From NCBI GenBank assembly GCA_029953675.1, contig JAMWBK010000002.1:1302001-1366000 (forward strand): a stretch of 64,000 nt of DNA, read 5' to 3'. How positions within the stretch are numbered: the first letter of the stretch is position 1; every line of letters starts with the position of its first letter. This document shows positions 37,227 through 50,225 of the stretch, piece by piece. A program made the translations under genes and the position numbers. The notes beneath the pieces are model-generated. The model saw nothing but the letters and a program-made list of their open reading frames with translations, made no database searches and was not told where the DNA came from. This DNA comes from Rhodosorus marinus CCMP1338. Taxonomy: Eukaryota > Plantae > Rhodophyta.

Positions 37227-39122
37227 ATGTCAGGCGCCTTCGTCCTACAGCCTTTTCAATATTCTCGAAAGCTAGACACCTGCAGGTGCAGGTGTTCGAC
37301 TAGTTCAGAGGCTGCCGACGAATCGGATATTGTTGTGATCGGATCTGGTGTTGGTGGGCTCGGGGCTGCGGCGCTCTTTGCAAAAGATGGATATGATGTA
37401 ACTGTTCTTGAGTCACATCTTCACCCTGGAGGTGCAGCGCATGCGTTTTCTAGGGGTCAGTATGTGTTCGATTCTGGTCCGTCATTGTACACAGGAATGT
37501 CATTTCGCCCTTCTTCAAACCCGCTTGCGCATCTGCTGGATTCGATCGGTGAGGACGTTGAATGGATTAGGTACAGTGAATGGGGCGTGAACATACCGGA
37601 AGGTTGTTTCCGGAAGAGAGTTGGCGCTGTTGACATCCAGCACATGCTGCAAACCCGGAACAAATCCAGTGAGCAAGGCAGGCAAGCGCTGGACCAGTGG
37701 AACCGACTCTGGAAAAGAATTGATTCTTTGTCAAAGGCTTCTAGAGCTGTCCCAACTGCAGCAGTGCGAACAGATCCGCTAGCTGCAGTCACGGTGTCGA
37801 GGTGAGGAAGCCCTCGCACCTTCGAACTCGTATGAAACCGTTTTCGACTGACCATGTTCACATAAATTGATATGTCCAGGTACCTCCCCAGAGTGCTCTC
37901 CAGTCTCTCATCGTTGCCATTCCTGACCAGACCTTTCTCAGAGATCATGGATGCGGAGAAAGTTGACGATCCGCTCCTGCGCAACTGGATCGACCTCCTC
38001 TGCTTTTTGCTCTCTGGCCTGCCTGCCAATGGCACACCAACGGTCGAGGTTGGTGATCGGGAACAAAGCCTTAACCCTATGAAAACTTTTGAAACTTTCC
38101 TCAGCCCTGAGTGCTGTTCTACTTCCCCAGGCTGCGTTTATGCTAGGGGATTTCTACTCAGCGGGTGCTGTGCTCGACTATCCCAGAGGCGGCAGTGGTG
38201 AGCTTGTCGAGGCCCTTGCTCGCGGCGTAACCAAGAGAGGTGGAAGGATCATGCTCGGCCACCATGTCGACTCGGTTCTTGTTGAGAACAACAGGGCCAC
38301 TGGTGTGAGAACAACGACAGGAAAAGTTTTCCGGGCAAAGGAGCTGGTCGTCAGCAATGCCTCTTGCTGGGATATGGCAAGGCTGCTACAAAATGGTAAT
38401 ACGTGCTTGCTGCGGTCAGACATGGACAGCTATCGAGGAATACTAAAATGTTCGAGTATCTGCGGGAATTTCATTATGTAGATCTAGCAGACGATTCGTT
38501 CAATCAGTGGAACCGGTCCCTGTCAGATACCCCTGAATGCAGGTCTTTCATGCACTTGCACTTGGGCTTTGACTTAACTGGTTTGGGCGACCTCCTCTGC
38601 CACTATATTCACGTCTTTGATTGGAACAAGGGTATAGATGCGGAAGGAAACGTTGTATTGATATCTATCCCATCCGTTCTCGACCCTTCTCTAGCGCCTG
38701 AAGGGAAGCACGTTCTCCATGCGTACACACCGGCGTCCGAACCATACGACGCATGGGCAGGTCTCAAGAAAGGGAGTCCGGAGTACGTGGCGAGAAAGGA
38801 AGAGAGAGCAGGAGTCATATGGAAAGCTTTGGAGGAGATAGTGCCTGATATCCGATCGAGAGTTGACGTTGAGATGATTGGGACCCCGTTGACTCACGAG
38901 AAGTTTTTGCGACGTTCTCGAGGCTCATATGGCCCTGCGATTCGAGCAGGACAAGAAATGTTCCCATTTGCAGAAACACCTGTGGAGCATTTGATACGTT
39001 GCGGTGACTCAGTTTTCCCAGGAATCGGGTTGCCAGCTGTAGCTGCTGGTGCGCTTATTGCAGCAAACTCAAGGAGCTCGATTCTTAGCCACTTGGCCCT
39101 ACTCGATGAAATTGGCCTCTAA
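37227..39122 (+). CDS. CRTISO-like FAD-dependent oxidoreductase (phytoene desaturase/carotenoid isomerase family); exons 37227-37801, 37880-38048, 38131-38395, 38482-39122
   Basis: DIVVIGSGVGGLGAA (FAD site), PGGAAH..FDSGPSLY, YPRGGSGELVEAL, GTPLTHEKFLRRSRGSYGP, CGDSVFPGIGLPAVAAG. AFV-type transit peptide. Confidence 0.9.
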
Positions 39123-40166
39123 TCAAAGGGCATGGAGCGGCAACATGCCCAACGCGGTGACCGCACCCCTCCGCTCGCGGATAACTCTTTTGCTCGTTTA
39201 GCAGTCGGAGGAAGCATGGAATCAATGACCGACCGGAGACGAGTCCGGCTGGGAATGCCTACCGCAGCGTCCGTGGAGGACCACTGCTGAGAACCGGAAA
39301 CCTGTGCCTTCCGGCAAAATTCCTTTCGTTTCTGTTGAGTTAGCTGCTCGCTGTATTTACGTATACTGTTCTGCTATATTCGAGTCAATAGGTGCCTACA
39401 TCGAGATGCTTTCGCAGAGTCCTCTTCCTCGAAGTTGCCACAGTTAACCCTAAGGTGGGATCCTTCGGTTTATGCTATTAATTAATAACAAAGAGAATAT
39501 GCCCATGAATGCAATTTTTTCTCGTTTTCAAGGGCAAGAGAAGGATTTCCTCTCTGTCCAAGGTTGCATCTAATGATGTTACACCACGTGTCATGATATA
39601 CCAATAGAATCAATTTTTGAGCAGTCTGATTCCGGCCGGGGACTCTTGTGTACTGCGGAAGATATATATTGTGGTTTCCCGTTTTCATTGCAGAGCGCAG
39701 TGTTGAGTTGAGCTTTGGAGCTGGCAACCAGAAGATTCTAGAGAGCTAGAGGCAAAAAAATCGAAAGCAAAACAGGATCAGGTTGGATTTGCCGAGGGCG
39801 ACTAGCTTTGGTCATTGTTCTTACGGAAACCATGGCCCGTCCAAGGGTCTGACGGCTTCCAATTATGGTTCCATACTCAGTAGAGCTGATCCTAGATGCG
39901 TCTAAACTTTCTATTGGACAAAATACAACGAATCTTTCTTTTTTTTTGCTTTCCTTGTCCCTAGTCGTCGAATCGCTCCGCCACCTGAAGAGGATCGATC
40001 GGATATGTGAGTTTGGGGATGAAACCACAAAGAGTACAGACAGTTCTGGGTTGAAACCTGTACGCAAATTGGCCTATTCAAAAGTTGGCCAAACCTCCGA
40101 TTTTATCTGGTAGATTATTTTAACCGTTTTGTGCTTTTTATGGGATTTATACTATTCGCAGTTCTC

Positions 40167-40380
40167 AATACATTTTAATACATTTTAATACATTTTAATA
40201 CATTTTAATACATTTTATACTTCTAATATTTTAATTCTTTTAATACTTTTATTGATTTTAATGTTTCTCATACTCTTAATACTTTTAGTACTTGTAGTGC
40301 TTTTAATAATTTTAATAATTTTGACAATTTTGTATTTTTAATACTTTTCATACTCTTACTCTTAGTATTTCAGTATTTTG
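40167..40380. repeat. AT-rich minisatellite: (AATACATTTT)x5 followed by degenerate TTTTAATAC-like units
   Basis: Five perfect 10-mers at 40167-40216, then decaying copies to ~40380. Confidence 0.9.
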
Positions 40381-41836
40381 GTACTATATCTAAGGCTCAT
40401 AGAGTCTAGAATGCACGTTTTATGGACAGATGTGAACCATGATAGTCCAAAAGTTTCCTCAGAACATACAAGACATGCCCTCGCCGTATATCTAGAGTTG
40501 TTGTTTGGATAACCCTGAAACGCCGTGAGGGTGGTTAATCATCGTGTAGAAAAGTCGGAGAGGCCCCTCAAGATGGGAGTGCCCCCCCTGAGCCCCATTC
40601 AAAGGAGCGTGCGGCCTCACTTTCTTCAAGTCCAAGCACCAACGGCTAGACAATGCTTCATCCTCCCATACAGTGGTGCCCTTTTCGCTGAGGTTCCTGA
40701 AAACATGGAGGTCCAATGGGAGGGGGTAGATTTTGAGAGCACTCTCAGCGCGCTCAACAAGCACTTGGCCTCGTTGTCGGTTTCTCCCAACACAACAGTA
40801 GCAGCCCACGTGCCCACAGCTAAGCACCACGAACCGTAAGGGGTGAGCCCAGGCCAAAATCCCGATCCGCGTTCAAAAGCACCACAAAATTACCAAAAGA
40901 ACTTATTTTCTCCACGAAAACATTAAAAGCGAGCGAAAACGTTCAGAAACTCGAAACGCTCCAGGTCCAGTTTTCGGATGTTTTTATTCGGATTCTCCAA
41001 GTTGCTCGGAAAAGCGACGTCCTTGCGGCCTTCGGGTGCTAGGCTTTGTGAAATCAGATCTCTGGTTGTGAGAGTCCTTGACGTTTGTCAATAAGCTCTC
41101 TGGAACACAAAGAAAGTTATGAGACAGTCATGGGTGGAAGGGGGCTCTTGCTGAAAAGATTTGGTGTGAAGGTTATTGCCCCTCGAGGGAAGATGAAGAC
41201 TGCAACCCCGTCCAGAGCCCTTCTCCCCCCTTGAAGGCTTGAAGGCGGTCTTTAAAGAGGCTCTTCAAGGGGCTATTTTTAGGTGAAAGAGAAAGGAGGG
41301 AAAAACTGAATCGACGAATTTTTTTCAAAGCGGGCAGCTTCAAAGCTCGATTGGCACTTTTATCATGGGTTTTTGGGCCGTTTTTGAGGGTTTGGCTATT
41401 GAATAGCGTGGTTCGGGAGGGAGACGGATGAACTTGAGTGGGGAAGGGTGGAGTGTGTTAGTGTTGAGAAGAATTTCTTGTTGGCTAAGTTTATATTCTA
41501 CTTGAGAATCATAGTCTAAGAGGAGAAGGAGAACCCCCCGGGACAAAGATATCGAGTTGGTAGTAGTAGCAAAAAAGGGCGATTGGGTTTTGGTTTTTTT
41601 TTTAAGGGTGGTGGAGGGGGGTGGGGGTGGGGGGTTAAGGTCTTTGCATTGAACGATGCGCCGTAGACACGTGTGCAGTGGTTCTGAGCAGGCGGCTATG
41701 AGGAGTTAGAAAAGGTTAAGGCGGAGTTTTTTTTAGAGGATCTTGTGTAGAAGGAGGCCGAAGAACCTCGGTTCTTCTTGTGGCGGTGAGTTTTTGATAG
41801 ATTGTGGGAGGTCGCCGGGGTTACGGATCTGCCGCA

Positions 41837-44800
41837 ATGAAGGACGGGAAGAAGGGGAAAGAAGGGAAGAAAGGAGATGGGGCGAAGACTAAGACATCTC
41901 AGGCGAACGGGAAGCGGAATTCCACAGCCAGCAATAAAGTGGTAAGTTGAAGGCCAACCGGTAATTTCGAAACTCGTGAGCATCATTTTGCTCACGTCGT
42001 TCGCTTTCTGACGAGTAGGACTCTAGAAGCAATGAGAACGATGGATTGGAGCTGAGGTTTGGAAAAGCTCGGGAGCTGCTGGCCAGAGCAAAAGTGTTCG
42101 AAGTAAGAGGACACCTGGAGGATGCTGCAAGATCTAGTTTGGAAGCCTCCAAGATGCTTGAAATCGGTTCAATGAATACTAATACAGAAGAGCGAATCCT
42201 ACTCGGAGAATGCTATACCCGATTAGGATCGTGTGCTATGGTAGTGATTGCAAGTAATCGTTTAACCCACGCAACCCTGCGCGAAAGCTAACATGTTTGG
42301 CTCCTCCTCCGCCATGGTGCAGACTTCAAAAACTTTTACAGAGGCGGGTGAGTACTTTGAGGAAGCACTGAGATTGAACCCGAAAGACGCGGAAGCTATG
42401 CACGGAATAGCCATCCTTATCAACGAAACAGCACCAGGTCGAGCTCGTGAGGCTGTCGAGTGGCTTAGAGCGTCGTTATCGATCAATCCCGACTATACAG
42501 AGGCAAAAAGAAATCTGGCAATGATTCTTACAGATATCGGAGTGCGGTTGAAACTCGCCGAGTTACCATCGGAGGCCACTCAGCTTTACGCGGAGGCCCT
42601 GAGCGTAGGTTTTCCAGGATGAAACTGTGTGGGCTAGGCTGATTGGCGCAGATATCCATCCTTCTCGCTCTTCAGGAAGCTGATCTAGCTGAAAATCGCT
42701 TTTTGTGTCGTCGTCAATAGGTTGATCCTGAATATGCTCAGGCCTACTACAACCTGGGAGTGGCCTATGCCGATATGGGAATGAAAGAACAGGCCTTGGA
42801 ATACTATGCGCTGACACTACACAAAAATGAACTTCATGCGGAAGCGCTGTGCAATGCTGGGGTGATCCACAAGGAAACTGGCCACGTTGAGCAGGCAATC
42901 TTGAATTATGAAAGGGCTTTATCCGTGAACCCGAATTTTGAGCTCGCAAGAGCTAACTTGTCTATCGCCCTGTGCGACGCGGGAACACAAGCAAAGCAGG
43001 AGTCAAAGATTGATGACGCATTCACGTAATAGGAAACCGCCAAATCGTCTGGAACCCACACGAATTATTTTAAGAACTGACCTCTTTGCTTTGGTTTCCT
43101 AACTCTCGCATGCCAGTCTTTATAATCGAGCCCTGGCATTTAATCCCTCTTATCCAGACGCACACTACAACCTGGGAGTCGCCTACGCAGAGGAGCGAAA
43201 GCCAATGAGGGCAATTGTACATTACGAACTGGCTGTCAAGTTCAACCCGAATCACAAGGAGGCGCACAACAACTTGGGAGTCATGTACAAGGAGCTCGGA
43301 AACCTAGAGAGATCACTCGAGTCGTACAAGGCCGCTCTTGCGATTGACAGCAACAATCATCAAACTCACAACAACGTCGCGGTGGTGTACACGCTCACTG
43401 GGGATACTGATCTCGCCGCCAAGCATCTAGAATTGGCGACCAGATTGGCACCATCGTATGCAGAAGCTCATAATAACATTGGAGTACTTCTGCGTGACGA
43501 GGGCGACGTCCTTGGTGCGATAAAGCATTACGAGGTATGTTGGACATTGGTTCAATTTGCGGGAATCGTGCTTTTTTAAACTCTTGCGAGCACGCCGAGC
43601 CTCCAGGCTCATCTGTGATACCACTTTCTTCTCTCTTCTCTCCCGTTGAAGATTTGTTTCGACGTAGACCAAGCCGGTGAAATGGGGAGGCAGAATCGAC
43701 TCCACGCGTTGAATTATGTGGACGTCTTCTCACCGGAACAAGTTTTCGAAGCCCATCATGACTGGGGGCTAAGCTTCCAGGCCAAGATTCTGAAACAGGT
43801 ACGGCTCAACCACTGCAGCTCCTGCCATATGTCAATTTTCAACCTCAAACAATATTCGAGAGATAGCTCGAATGCGAGGTTGTGTCCTTCGGGCAACCAA
43901 TGTGGTGGCTTCCTAGACGTTTCGAGCATTAACGTGGCTATACCTTTCTCTCCGTTGGTATTGTTGTGATCGATAGGTAGAGGATGGAAAATTGGATGCA
44001 GACACAAAGAGGCAACTCTTAGACGTGAGCAGAGAAAAACCTGACAAGGAACCACGAGGAGCGGGGAGACCATTGCGCATAGGATACCTTTCGCCGGACT
44101 TTTTCACCCACTCGGTATCCTACTTCATCGATGCCCCCCTTGCGAAACATTCCAAGCAAGTCAAGGTGTTTGTCTATGCCAACGTACAAAAGCAGGACTC
44201 GAAGACGGATCGGTTTCGAGCCTATGAGAACGTTGTAGACACCTGGAGAGACATCGCCGGACAGAATACTTACGAGGCTGCCAAGACAATTCTCGCGGAC
44301 AAACTTGACATTCTGGTGGAGCTTGCCGGTCATACGAATGGAAACAGATTGGATGTGATGGTTTTCCGGATAGCGCCCGTCCAGGTACTAAGGAATCATC
44401 CTAACGTTATTTTCGTATCGCACAGCGGATCTGTTTAAGTTGTTCGATTTGCGCCCGAATGCGATGTCCGGAAGTTAATTGTGCTGAGATTGACCAAACG
44501 CAATGTGTTCGCTGGTATCTTTATAGGTGACATGGATCGGATATCCAAACACAACCGGCTTGCCGAAAACCGACTACAGAGTTACAGATGAAGTCGCTGA
44601 CCCGCTGAACACAACTCAGCGGTACACCGAAAGACTTTACAGGCTACCAAAAGTATTCCTGTGCTACACTCCCGCGGCTGACGCACCGGAGGAAGTTGCC
44701 CCTCCCCCGTCCACGACTGCAGGTGGCCTTGTGACGTTCGGAAGCTTTAATATACTCGCAAAGATGCAAAGTTCAACGATAAGCCTTTGGGCCAAAGTCC

Positions 44801-45490
44801 TGAAGGCAGTACCAAACTCTAGACTGCTCCTCAAGGCCAAGCCATTTGCTTCTTCGATGACAATGGCTCGCATTCAGGTTTGTGTCGCGCTCACTCCCGT
44901 TCAGAAGAAGGCCGCGCAGATGCTGAACTGTTGAGGACGTCGTTTCGTTTGGGCTGCAGGAACTCTTCCGAAAAGAAGATATAGACCCCTCTCGGTTGGA
45001 CATGTTTCCTCTGATCCCGGCTACTCGGGCTCATCTGGAGGCGTACAGACACATGGACGTTGCGCTGGACCCTTTTCCGTATGCTGGGACAACGACTACT
45101 TGTGAGGCACTTTACATGGGAGTTCCCGTGATTACCCTGGCGAGCCCAGTAGGGCAAGATGTTCATGCACACAATGTGGGCGCCACGCTTTTGACATCCA
45201 TAGGCCATCCTGAGCTTGTAGCGAAAACCGCGGATGACTACGTGCAGAAAGCCGTTTCTCTTGCTTCGGATTCAGCGAGGTTAAGAAAGTTGCGCTATTC
45301 CTTGCGTGGGGATATGATTGGCTCTCCTCTGGGCCAAGCCGATCAGTTTGTTGAAGCTCTTGAGAACATGTACTTCGACATGTGGGGGGCAAAAGGAGGT
45401 AAGCGAAAGAAGGCGACGGGGGGTGCCTCAGAAGCGGGGAAACCCAGCTCCACGGCCAAAACGAAAAAGGGGCCAAAGCAGAAAACCTAA
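41837..45490 (+). CDS. SPY: SPINDLY-type TPR protein O-fucosyltransferase (GT41 family), 9 exons
   Basis: Multiple TPRs (AYYNLGVAY, AHYNLGVAY, AHNNLGV), PLRIGYLSPDFFTHSVSYF, DILVELAGHT..RIAPVQ|VTWIGYPNTTG, TFGSFN, DVALDPFPYAGTTTTCEALYMGVP. Start exon 41837-41941 inferred. Confidence 0.92.
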
Positions 45491-46252
45491 GGCATGACCA
45501 GCCGAATTACATGTACCGCAATTACATGCGCATGATCGTGCATAGGGATGTTAGACTGGGTGGATCTTTGGTCCAAGCGGGAGCGGAAGGCGGAGGCGAT
45601 TCTATCTGCCTGTTTTTGTTCTGGCGCTTTGCTTTTCTATCTATTTTGCCTAGGCTGTTCGTCTGTTCTTTGCATCGGCCAAATGATCACAACCCGGACC
45701 GGCTTACAAGAGTAGAAAGTTGAGCTGATGGGTGTATCAGTGAGAGCTTCTTAGCTCTAATAGTGGATGCCAGTGCGCTTTATCTATTTCGTTGTGGGGA
45801 CGAAGGGCCTGCACCAGAAGCATAAAAGTCCATTTTTTTTTGAGAAGAAAACCCTGTAGGTCTCTGCTCTTCCAAAGCCAGCCCCGCTGTTGTGTTTTCT
45901 TTTAGTTCCTTCTGATCATCAAAATTCGTTGACCTCCAAAACTAACAACTGCTAACTACGCCCAGCAAAATGGAGTATACCACGAGCAAGGGGACTGCCC
46001 TCGTCACCGCTTGCTCCGCTGCCAGCCCTTTCCACCTTTTTTGTGTTTTTCTTTCCTTCTCCCACGGATACCGCAAAGTTTGTTCCATCACTTGCCAGTG
46101 TCTGCGCTTTTGCCAAAGAATCGTTTGCTCGTCCTCTGATGGACAAGAATATAATGAAATAAGATACTTCTTCTGCTTCCTTACGTTTCTCCTCTGAGGG
46201 TAAGAGATTCGTCAGTATTTTTAAATACGACCGATGGTAATATTTTCTCTTG

Positions 46253-46984
46253 CTATCCGAGCTTCTTCATGTTTTCTATCCAAAAGTCCCTGGCTACGGC
46301 ATCCGCCGCAGCGAGGATGTGCCGTCTCTTCTGTGTGGAAAGAATAAACTCGCACTTAAACTTTCCATCGGCGCTCTTGACGTTCCGTCCAAGTTTCACG
46401 GATGATTCGAGGAGTGCGATCATCTTCGAGTTTTTCAAATCTACATTCCCTTCTTTGTCATATGCGAACAAGAACAGAACCGGGCCGTACTGCGCGTGGT
46501 TCGCAACTGACCCGAACCTGGTGCAACGTGCAGGATGAGGTTAAGAGGTATGTTCCATTGTACGTCGCTCTGGCCCAGACGCTTTTGAGACGTGAGATGG
46601 GGGGGTACTTTACCTTTTCTTCCATCTGTGGAGCCATCTTGACTTCAGGTAAAGCTCTCCCTGAACGCACAACGCGATGTCTTCATTCCGAACAACTTCC
46701 GGCGCGGTTTGATGAACTGTTATCTCCTCAGGCTCCTGAGCTGTTGTTTCCTCATTAATTTCCTTGCGCAGTTGCTGTCCAAGCCTGTAAGAAAATCGGT
46801 ACAGGTCTTTCAAAGCAGCGTTGCCCTTTTCAGGCACGTCGGCAATGATCAAGTCATCGTCACCATCGTTCAGATCTGCGAAATAGTCGTAATCTCTAGA
46901 GTCAACTGCCTTCAAGAAACTTTGTGTAGGAGATGCAAACTGCTCAACGAATGGCGCGTTCTCCTTGTCAACGGGGTCCGCCAT
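46253..46984 (-). CDS. Small PH-domain-containing protein (211 aa); exons 46984-46614 and 46517-46253
   Basis: QGELYLKSRWLHRWKKR|FGSV..VLFLF..HILAAADAVARDFWIENM matches the PH beta1/beta2 strands and C-terminal helix with conserved W. Acidic N-terminal half. Confidence 0.75.
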
Positions 46985-49294
46985 CTTCACTTTTCAACCT
47001 GTGAATTATCAACTTCACTCCTATGCTTTAACCGAACTGCTCCCAGCGATGCACAAAGCACCTCTACAATGTTCCAGCTTCCTTTAGATCAATAATCCAT
47101 TCAAAACCCTAAATATGTGATTCCACACGGTACTCAGCAAAACGCATCCCAAGCATTCCCAAAACCCAACTAGCCACATCTAGTCTCCTGCATTTCCCTA
47201 CTCTTTCCTATCATCTCACCTGCAGAGACACTCAACGAATCGATGTCAAAGAATACTACTCCCGTTCAAAGCAACAACCCGCGTGATTGTGGCCCATGTA
47301 CGTTTAAACCGCGTGGAACTCTCAGCTGCTGAATAAAATATGCATGATTGGACAGCCTCCAATCAGCAGCCTTGCAAACCCCTTTAAGCTTTGCAAAAAA
47401 AATTCGAGTGAAGACCGTTCTTACATGCCCGACCTAGTCGCCCATACCCCCTTTTTCCTTCCTTACAACTGATCGCGCGAACTTTTCCTCTGGTATCAGA
47501 AAGAACCTACCCACCCCTTGTTCTCGCTTGTTGTACATGTCTCCTCCTACGACCTTCCATAGCACAAAGTCAGTTCCAATTCCACTTGCGACCATAAAAA
47601 GTCATCTCACAGTATCTCTCCTACCCCCTCTGGACGACCTCCACTATCAGCGCTTTTGAATTTCAAGCAACCTCAAATGTTAAAAACAATATACTCCCAT
47701 CGAACTTCATTAAAAACAGAATAATACTTTCCATTCACCCCCCAAAACCCGCCTTCCCTTCACACAATTGTCCTCACAGATTCCTAAAACCCTTCCCCCC
47801 CCCCCCTGGCCCAAAAAGCTATTCCATCCACCGATCCATTTTTTGAGTACACTAGCCGTTATTTTAAGATTTCAACTCCTTGATCTTTTTTTAGAATTTA
47901 AGAAACCTTTTAAATTCAAACAAACGGTAATACCAATGCAAAAGCCAATCATACGCCGAGAGCATTCCTGTTTTGGAAAATATTCGAGTATTGGCATTTT
48001 TGTGGGACAGGAGGTTTTTTTCTTCCTTTTTTTATATCCAGTGTTGATGATCGATTTTGTCCCAATGTATTGGGACATAATTTTACGGGTTTGTTATGTT
48101 CTTCTCACAGAGGTTGTAGAAAATTAATGTCTTGATGAGTAGGAGCTGTGTGACTCTGGCAGGCTCCATCAGCGGTTTTCTTTTTCTCCTGTAATTAGAG
48201 ACGGATCTGGTGCCAAGGCACAGGTGAGCCAACCCGTACCTTGTTTTTAATCGCGATGCTGCGCATGCAAACGGGGTTTTTCATGAACTCCCACAGCTTG
48301 TGCGTGCTTTGTTCAGCGGTGGGAGGGTGCGAGTAGTTTTCTAGTACGAGCTAATGACTGGAGGACGAAATATCTAACGGACGGCTTGGTGCTAGCACTA
48401 AAACAGATTTTAACGCTGATTCAGTTGTGAGTGAAATTGGGTTAATCGCGTTCAGCAGCAAACCACGAAAAGCGACATTGAGCTCCGTAATGCCCCCGTT
48501 TTTCCTTCTAGAGCCATTTCTTCTTCTGAAGATGGAAAAACACGCGGAAAATTCATGGCCAAAGACAACTAGACCGAAGCAATCATTTTCCGAGGATACT
48601 CTGAGCGATGGGCCTTCTGATGCTGTCCCACTTTTGGAGTAAAGCTGGGCGTTCGCTCAGGCTTCAATTGTGTCAGTGATGCTTATCGAAACATCCACGT
48701 GGATGTCCGGATCCAATTTGCACGAGCGAACCTGGGAGAGACCTCGCATGGTTTTCATGTGCTCTCTACTCCGTCGTTTGATCGCGAGCACAATACAGAG
48801 ACCCTTGTTAGCGTAGCAATGGAAGTTCTATGCACTCATGGTGAGTACATAGGATCAACTACGGACAGAGCTCGAACAGTGGGCGGGTATGTCAATGGAT
48901 CCTTGTCTCCATATATGGTAGCGGTATAGTAGCCCATCATGCTAGTATTAGACCTGACTTGACGCTTTCTGTCGGAAAGCCGCAGTTCCCTGGCGGCGGC
49001 ATAGTGACCACCTCAACCTCCTCGCGATATATCTACACGTCACACGCCTGTGAACACACACATACTATTACAACGGGGGGTTTTCAGGTTCTCTCCTCTG
49101 CCCCAGAAACTCCTTCAGTCTCTGGCTTGTCTTCTTTTTGCCGAAGATGCGGTGGCGGAGGCGAGTACCCCAAATCTGTTCACGTGTGGAAAGAACAGCT
49201 GGCATTAGGGAACACTCAGAAGCAATGCAACGGAATTGAAGCAATGTGGGAGCATGACCACACTGTCATGACGATAGTAGTCCCACAGCGATCA

Positions 49295-50225
49295 TCAAGC
49301 TGTTGCATATTGCTCGGCTGGACACTTACAGTCGGGTCCTTTCTTATCTTCAATATTGTCCAACCATCCTGCTGCAGCATTGGGGAAAGCATCAGCGTAC
49401 GGTACATACGGTTTGATGTCGAGTATCGGAGTTCCATCCAGTAGGTCAAGGCCTTTCACATGCACGATTCGGTTCTTGTAGTCGACACTCGTTATCTTCA
49501 ACGCCGATAGAGAAATAGGGTTGGGTCTGTGCGGTGCGCGGGTCGCGAAGATACCCTGTCTGCACGAGTTCCATATGCAGTGCGGTTCGGTTTAGAAAGC
49601 ACGTACATGAAGCGGTTAACGTTAAATAAGAAGCTTTCCGCGTTAAGCTCATTGAAGGAGGCAGCTTCCAATGTCCTCAAATCAATTTTCCTTGAATTTT
49701 TGGTCATACTTTGTACGTGGGCCTCTCGGAGGTGTCACAAGTGGGTTCCATCCCGTGTTGAGGTGCATCCAGCAAATTACCCAGCAGTAGTCAAAACCGT
49801 CGAGCCCACGAAGAGCATGCTCATATCTTGGGTCTCCATTAAGGTGAATTTCCCCATCTTGAGGTGCATTTCCAATCGATTGTTCCCAGACAGTAGCCTG
49901 CCTCGGAGTTCCAAAGCGTTCCTTGTACGGTGATCGAATAACGCCAATGGCTTGCACCGACATCGCCGTTGGAGTTTCAAACTATGTTTTTTCGTTTTGT
50001 TGTTAGAGAAACAGGTAACCCCAGACAAACAACGCAATGATGAAATCAGACCACAGAATTAGTTCTTCCAAACAGGTTTCAAACTTCTGAATTTTGTACC
50101 ATGCTAGTATGATCCAACGGAGGGCGCTGTTTCTTGCTGGCACTCGCGCCTCTCTCACCGGCAGGCTCCGCCGCCATCGCTCGAATTTCTGCTCTTCTGT
50201 AATAGCAATAGCCTGCAAACGCCAT
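49295..50225 (-). CDS. trmO: tRNA (adenine37-N6)-methyltransferase TrmO/TsaA (YaeB family), 220 aa; exons 50225-50100, 49981-49710, 49559-49295
   Basis: IGVIRSPYKERFGTPRQ, ALRGLDGFDYCWVI, PPRGPRTK|QGIFATRAPHRPNPISLS, GLDLLDGTPILDIKPYVPYAD..AGWL. MAFAG- N-terminal extension. Confidence 0.93.

Noticed and set aside
40492-40857. VVLSCGHVGCYCC, resembling part of a RING finger
   Set aside because: The other zinc-ligand pairs are missing, there is no ATG start, and an in-frame stop lies just upstream.
49070-49205. Short minus-strand frame MPAVLSTREQIWGTRLRHRIFGKK.., faintly like mitoribosomal mS33
   Set aside because: Only 45 codons, within the probable TrmO 3' UTR, and no consistent downstream exons.
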